64,000 nucleotides of DNA. It comes from Geopsychrobacteraceae bacterium. GTDB taxonomy: Bacteria; Desulfobacterota; Desulfuromonadia; Desulfuromonadales; Geopsychrobacteraceae. Each line of letters begins with the position of its first letter. The stretch's first letter is position 1. The translations under genes were made by a program, and so were the position numbers. Of this stretch, positions 60,209-64,000 are shown piece by piece. Below the pieces are notes generated by a model. It was not told the DNA's origin. It saw only the letters and a program-made list of their open reading frames with translations, and made no database searches. The stretch is taken from assembly GCA_963676795.2 (NCBI GenBank), contig CAXXTB010000002.1:320001-384000 (forward strand). Reading direction: 5' to 3'.

Positions 60209-60676
60209 ATGAACGCAAAAACACTAACCCTGGCATTAATCTTCGTTGGAACACTGCTTGCCGGTTCGGCCATGGCAGACGAATGGCCGATCGGTCCAAT
60301 TTATCTTGATTCAAATTCAGCGACAATGACAATGGCTCCACGAGTCATTATCCATCCCGAAATTGTCGGCAGCTATCGCGCTTATATTGGACTGAATGAT
60401 CTCTACTTTGCCGCTGACGATACCCTGGCTCAAAAACCTGTACAGGTTGAGATTGACAGTTATCAGATTGCCTTAATGCAGAAGGTATTCGTTGAACAAG
60501 GATACCGTAATCCTATTAACGGAGTCCTTGATGGTAAAACACGATCCGCAATTTACGATTTTCAGGTTGAGCATGGCCTCACCAAGACCGGGTACCCGAC
60601 TCTTGAAACTTTGCAGGCCGTATCTGTCAACAACATTACCTCGGGTTACCTGCACTTGTTGACTGTCTCTGAATAG
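60209..60676 (+). CDS. Secreted protein with peptidoglycan-binding (PG_binding_1-like) domain
   Basis: Signal peptide ending AMA-D; QGY...NGVLDGKTRSAIYDFQVEHGLTKTG pattern. Confidence 0.75.
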   Translation: MNAKTLTLALIFVGTLLAGSAMADEWPIGPIYLDSNSATMTMAPRVIIHPEIVGSYRAYIGLNDLYFAADDTLAQKPVQVEIDSYQIALMQKVFVEQGYRNPINGVLDGKTRSAIYDFQVEHGLTKTGYPTLETLQAVSVNNITSGYLHLLTVSE

Positions 60677-60781
60677 TTTATGTAGGTTGATTCGTATTGG
60701 TTGAGCGGACCTTCCCGCTGTGAGCAGATAAGAACAGAATGTGTTAAATATTACCTCCTCGATATCATCTGTTCTAACCTC

Positions 60782-60810
60782 AAAAGGCCGGATATCCTCC
60801 GGCCTTTTTT
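60782..60810. terminator. Bidirectional rho-independent terminator
   Basis: AAAAGGCCGGA-TATCC-TCCGGCCTTTTTT. Confidence 0.8.
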
Positions 60811-60862
60811 ATTATATATGACCAGCTATTGAGACGTGCTCATGATAGTTGGTCGGTTTTAT

Positions 60863-62362
60863 TCAGCAAGTAGGCTCTTTGGGCAGAAAGCGTTTATAGT
60901 CGACTTCCATAAAATCTGAGCGAATGAATTTGTCCTTCATGTGGAACGGAGCGGTACAGTCGAAAATTGTCTTGCAGGTGGTTCCGTGAGCAATGATCGA
61001 AGGGCTCATACCCAGAGATTGTGATGGGTCGAGGGGATGGCTGCGGACTCCAGGGATGATAATTGTATCGACATCACTCTGGTAGCGGGTCATCATAGCC
61101 CACAGAACATCATTGCTATCAAAGATGTCGACATCGTCATCGACCAGAATGACTGTTTTCAGCTCAGGGAATGCAGCAAAGGCACAGAGCGCTGCCTGAC
61201 GTTCACGCCCCTGATCGGTTGGGATCTTTTTGCTCATTTGCATGATGGCGAGCAATTTACCGCCACCGGCGGAGTGAGCATAGACGTTCTTGACCTTGCC
61301 AGGCATAGCGTCGTTAACAATACTCAAGATGCTGGCTTCAGTCGGGATACCGGCCAGGTTGACGTGTTCTTCACTGCAACCGATGGTTGTTTGGCAGATC
61401 GGGTTCGTGCGGGTCGTGACCGATTTGACTTTCATAATCTTAACAGCCGGATTTGCTTCGCCGGTGAAGCCTGGGAATTCTGGCATGGCGAACCCTGTGT
61501 TTGAGTGTTCATCTTCGCGCATGCGGACATCTGGGAGGATTTCACCTTCGATGACGATTTCTGCGTTGGCAATTGCTTTACTGTTGACGGTCAGGCAGTC
61601 AACCAGTTCGACTGGGCGCTTACGAAATGCGCCTGCAACTTCAAGTTCGTTGAAACCGATCGGAGTTGCTGGCGGTTCGAAACATGCGGCAATGTAGACA
61701 GCTGGATCAAGGCCGATGTTGATCGTGATCGGTAGTGCTTTGCCAGCTTTTTCGGCATTTTCACGGAACGAGTCGATGTGGCGGCCAGGGGCGAAGTAAA
61801 TCGAAATCTCATCCGGAGCCTGAAGACACTGACGGTGGATGGTGACGTCAGTCTTTCCGGTGTCTGGATCTTCTGCATAGACCAGACCCATGGTGATGTA
61901 TGGACCGGCATCCTGCAGAGTGTTCGTCGGAGCAGGAACCAGTTTACGTATATCAAAGCCGGGATCTGTTGCCATGTGAACGACTTCCTGACATTGAGCT
62001 TTTTCCCTTGGGATGGTGACAGGTGGAACCGGAGCACTGAGGGCTTCTGTTAGTTTGTGACCGAGTTCTTGAGGGGCATAACCCATCATTTGTGCAACGC
62101 GATTACGGCAGGCAACAATACCGGTTGCAACGCGAGCACCGGGGTGACCTTTAATATTGTTGAACATCATCATTGGGCCTATTTTAGTTGGCCGTTTAGT
62201 TGTTCCGGCCGCGCCAATGTATCTGTAAACACCAGAAAGTTCTCCGACCGGGTCCACCTCTGCATCGGTCTCGATAAATTGACCTGGAATCTGCTTCAGA
62301 AATTCAATGGCGCTTCTGAAATCATGAATGTCTTCAGGTGAGAGCTTTTTATTTGTTTCCAT
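60863..62362 (-). CDS. UbiD-family gallate/protocatechuate decarboxylase (LpdC/AroY type)
   Basis: ELSGVYRYIGAAGT, APTNTLQDAGPYITMG, DVTIHR, GRHI, FEPP, AMPEFPG, EEHVNLAGIPTEASI and HPLDPSQ are characteristic of the AroY/LpdC clade. Confidence 0.88.
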   Translation of the reverse strand: METNKKLSPEDIHDFRSAIEFLKQIPGQFIETDAEVDPVGELSGVYRYIGAAGTTKRPTKIGPMMMFNNIKGHPGARVATGIVACRNRVAQMMGYAPQELGHKLTEALSAPVPPVTIPREKAQCQEVVHMATDPGFDIRKLVPAPTNTLQDAGPYITMGLVYAEDPDTGKTDVTIHRQCLQAPDEISIYFAPGRHIDSFRENAEKAGKALPITINIGLDPAVYIAACFEPPATPIGFNELEVAGAFRKRPVELVDCLTVNSKAIANAEIVIEGEILPDVRMREDEHSNTGFAMPEFPGFTGEANPAVKIMKVKSVTTRTNPICQTTIGCSEEHVNLAGIPTEASILSIVNDAMPGKVKNVYAHSAGGGKLLAIMQMSKKIPTDQGRERQAALCAFAAFPELKTVILVDDDVDIFDSNDVLWAMMTRYQSDVDTIIIPGVRSHPLDPSQSLGMSPSIIAHGTTCKTIFDCTAPFHMKDKFIRSDFMEVDYKRFLPKEPTC

Positions 62363-62585
62363 GCAACAAAATCTCCTTTTTTATGATTGTGATTGTAAAA
62401 AATTCTTCTTGAGAAAGTATCTATCCCACGAAAGACTTTTATATGCTCAGATGATTTTTCTTTAAAAGTGCTTGTCTTCGTTTTTTTGTATGTAGGTTAG
62501 CTACTGTGTGGATGATAAGTGTAAGGTGATCTTACCTAAAATGGGAATGTTTTTACAGAAGATATCAGAAGGTTGACCGGATCAT

Positions 62586-62624
62586 CCAATGCAAATATTT
62601 CATGATTCCATAACAAAACGACAT
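62586..62624 (-). promoter_or_regulatory. Putative tandem LysR boxes upstream of the LpdC/AroY-like gene
   Basis: ATGCAAATATTTCAT-GATTCC-ATAACAAAACGACAT; shares CATGATTCCATAA with 56078-56090. Confidence 0.55.
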
Positions 62625-62959
62625 TGTTCGTGGCTGAGTTTTATAGTGGATTGTGTAATGTCTCAGAGAGATTCCTCTCCAAATATACCGCCATCAGTTT
62701 TAAGTCATATTTAATTTGTTCCGTGTCCAGTTTATATTTGCGGAAAGCCTGGCAATGGTTTTGTCTTCTTCAGATACCGTCTTCCAGAGATACAATGCGA
62801 CATTGTGCGCTAAGGTTATCCATTTTTGCTGACTTCCTCCCCCCCCCATTGACAGGGCTAACCGAGGTAAGTGATTTGAGTCTGAAAACTTGCTGTAATC
62901 TCGTTAGGTGTTATGTTGTTCAGCGACCGATGAGGTCGATTGGCGTTGGAATCAAGTCG

Positions 62960-63490
62960 TCGATTTTAATTTTGGCTATATGCAATCTGAGGTTGGTACA
63001 ACAGACAGCACTTCCTGTATCTGGCATCCTCCGGCATCTCCATGGGGGCCACCTTCATGTGCCTGTTTGAAGCCCATGTGCAGGTTGGAGTCAGTGTTGC
63101 ACCTTTGGCCTACTGTTGTGGCCCGGTAATTGTTATGATGCTGTAACCGACCCTCTTTAATGAAAAAATGACAGCCGTCAAACTGCTCGGTTTTTTTACC
63201 GTAGTGCTGGGGATGTTTTTTATCAACGGGCGGCCTGAAGCAGGGCTTTGTGATCCATATCGACCCTGAAGACTGCCTGCCCATCGTGTCGCTGGGCATC
63301 ATCAGCACCGGAATCGGATGCTATTTTTACTTTTCCTCTACTGGCGATTTGAACGTCCGGACCGTGGCCATCCCGGGATACCTTGAGCCGCTTTCCGAAT
63401 TGTTTCATCTTTTTGGGAGAAGCCCTGTGCCCTGTGCAATGGCTAGGCTCTGTGTTGGTTTTAGGTGGTGCGTTTTTCGGTGAATTGTAC
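62960..63490 (+). pseudogene. EamA/DMT transporter pseudogene
   Basis: One frame reads FLYLASSGISMGATFMCLFEA...GPVIVMML*PTLFNEK (TAA at 63144). A later fragment reads LGIISTGIGCYFYFSS...GYLEPLS; the middle part is missing. Confidence 0.7.
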
Positions 63491-63773
63491 GGAAGGCGAG
63501 CCCTGCAACCTCAAGCACTCCTATGAGCATTGAATTGGCTTAAAAACACTCGATTTTCATTCTCCTAATAGTCATCGAGACTATATAGGCTGGCTGGTTC
63601 CCCCCCCCCTAAAAAAATAATGTTTGTACCTCTTATTCATTTGCTCAGAGAGAAACCCCTTTTGATATTTGCGAAAAACATGTAGCATACCCAGTCCATT
63701 ACTTCAATTTCACAAAGAAGTTTGTTTTGTTCTGCAAACAACAGAAATGCAAAAAAAATGTACCCTCCGGTTT

Positions 63774-63853
63774 AGTGACACTAACTTTTGGCAAGTGACA
63801 CTAACTTTTGGCAAATGACACTAACTTTTGGCAAATGACACTAACTTTTGGCA
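63774..63853. repeat. Four tandem 20-bp direct repeats ARTGACACTAACTTTTGGCA
   Basis: Units start at 63774, 63794, 63814 and 63834, with no spacers and a single G/A variant position. Confidence 0.95.
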
Positions 63854-63880
63854 TTTCGCATAATCGGGAGGATGTTTTCA

Positions 63881-64000
63881 ATGTCAGTTAACAAAGTCAT
63901 CTTGGTCGGACGTCTGGGGAAGGATCCGGAATTGCGTTATACCCCTTCGGGTGCTGCAGTCGCAACCTTCTCTCTGGCGACAACCGAAAACTATAAGGAT
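63881..64000 (+). CDS. ssb: Single-stranded DNA-binding protein (3' truncated by window edge)
   Basis: Reads [40 protein letters not shown] after RBS GGGAGG; too short for the ORF track. Confidence 0.95.
   Translation, partial: MSVNKVILVGRLGKDPELRYTPSGAAVATFSLATTENYKD

Noticed and set aside
62624..63070. 148-aa ORF or possible transposase remnant
   Set aside because: No recognisable domain; it partly overlaps the EamA pseudogene in another frame.
63774..63853. CRISPR array
   Set aside because: The repeats are contiguous with no spacers, and there are no cas genes in the window.

Overview
A 64 kb stretch from an anaerobic bacterium. The ssb, chemoreceptor, rnf and sigma54-regulator sequences look deltaproteobacterial, possibly Desulfuromonadia; this is an inference only. 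Most of the window reads as a plant-polyphenol catabolic island. It holds two mirrored operons that each pair a PhlG/phloretin-hydrolase-family C-C hydrolase with an AprA/SdhA-fold flavoprotein and a ferredoxin, and a GC-rich rnfABCDGE operon. It also encodes two UbiD decarboxylases (BsdCD-type and LpdC/AroY gallate/protocatechuate-type), a subtype-B tannase, two HADH-crotonase fusions with a thiolase and a CoA transferase, and a corrinoid methyltransferase cluster with no methyl-THF acceptor enzyme. A lipoprotein arylsulfatase lies next to a cytochrome b/Rieske/octaheme-TPR cluster. Flavin-supply genes, a TRAP binding protein, a chemoreceptor and many regulators are also present. Regulatory motifs visible in the DNA link distant loci: a recurring LysR-type box, three near-identical sigma54 promoters and phased TACA boxes. 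Other features are an intact IS110 transposase with structured flanks, an EamA pseudogene and a 4x20-bp tandem repeat directly upstream of ssb. No rRNA, tRNA or CRISPR array was seen. All functional calls come from motif recognition by eye, not from database searches.
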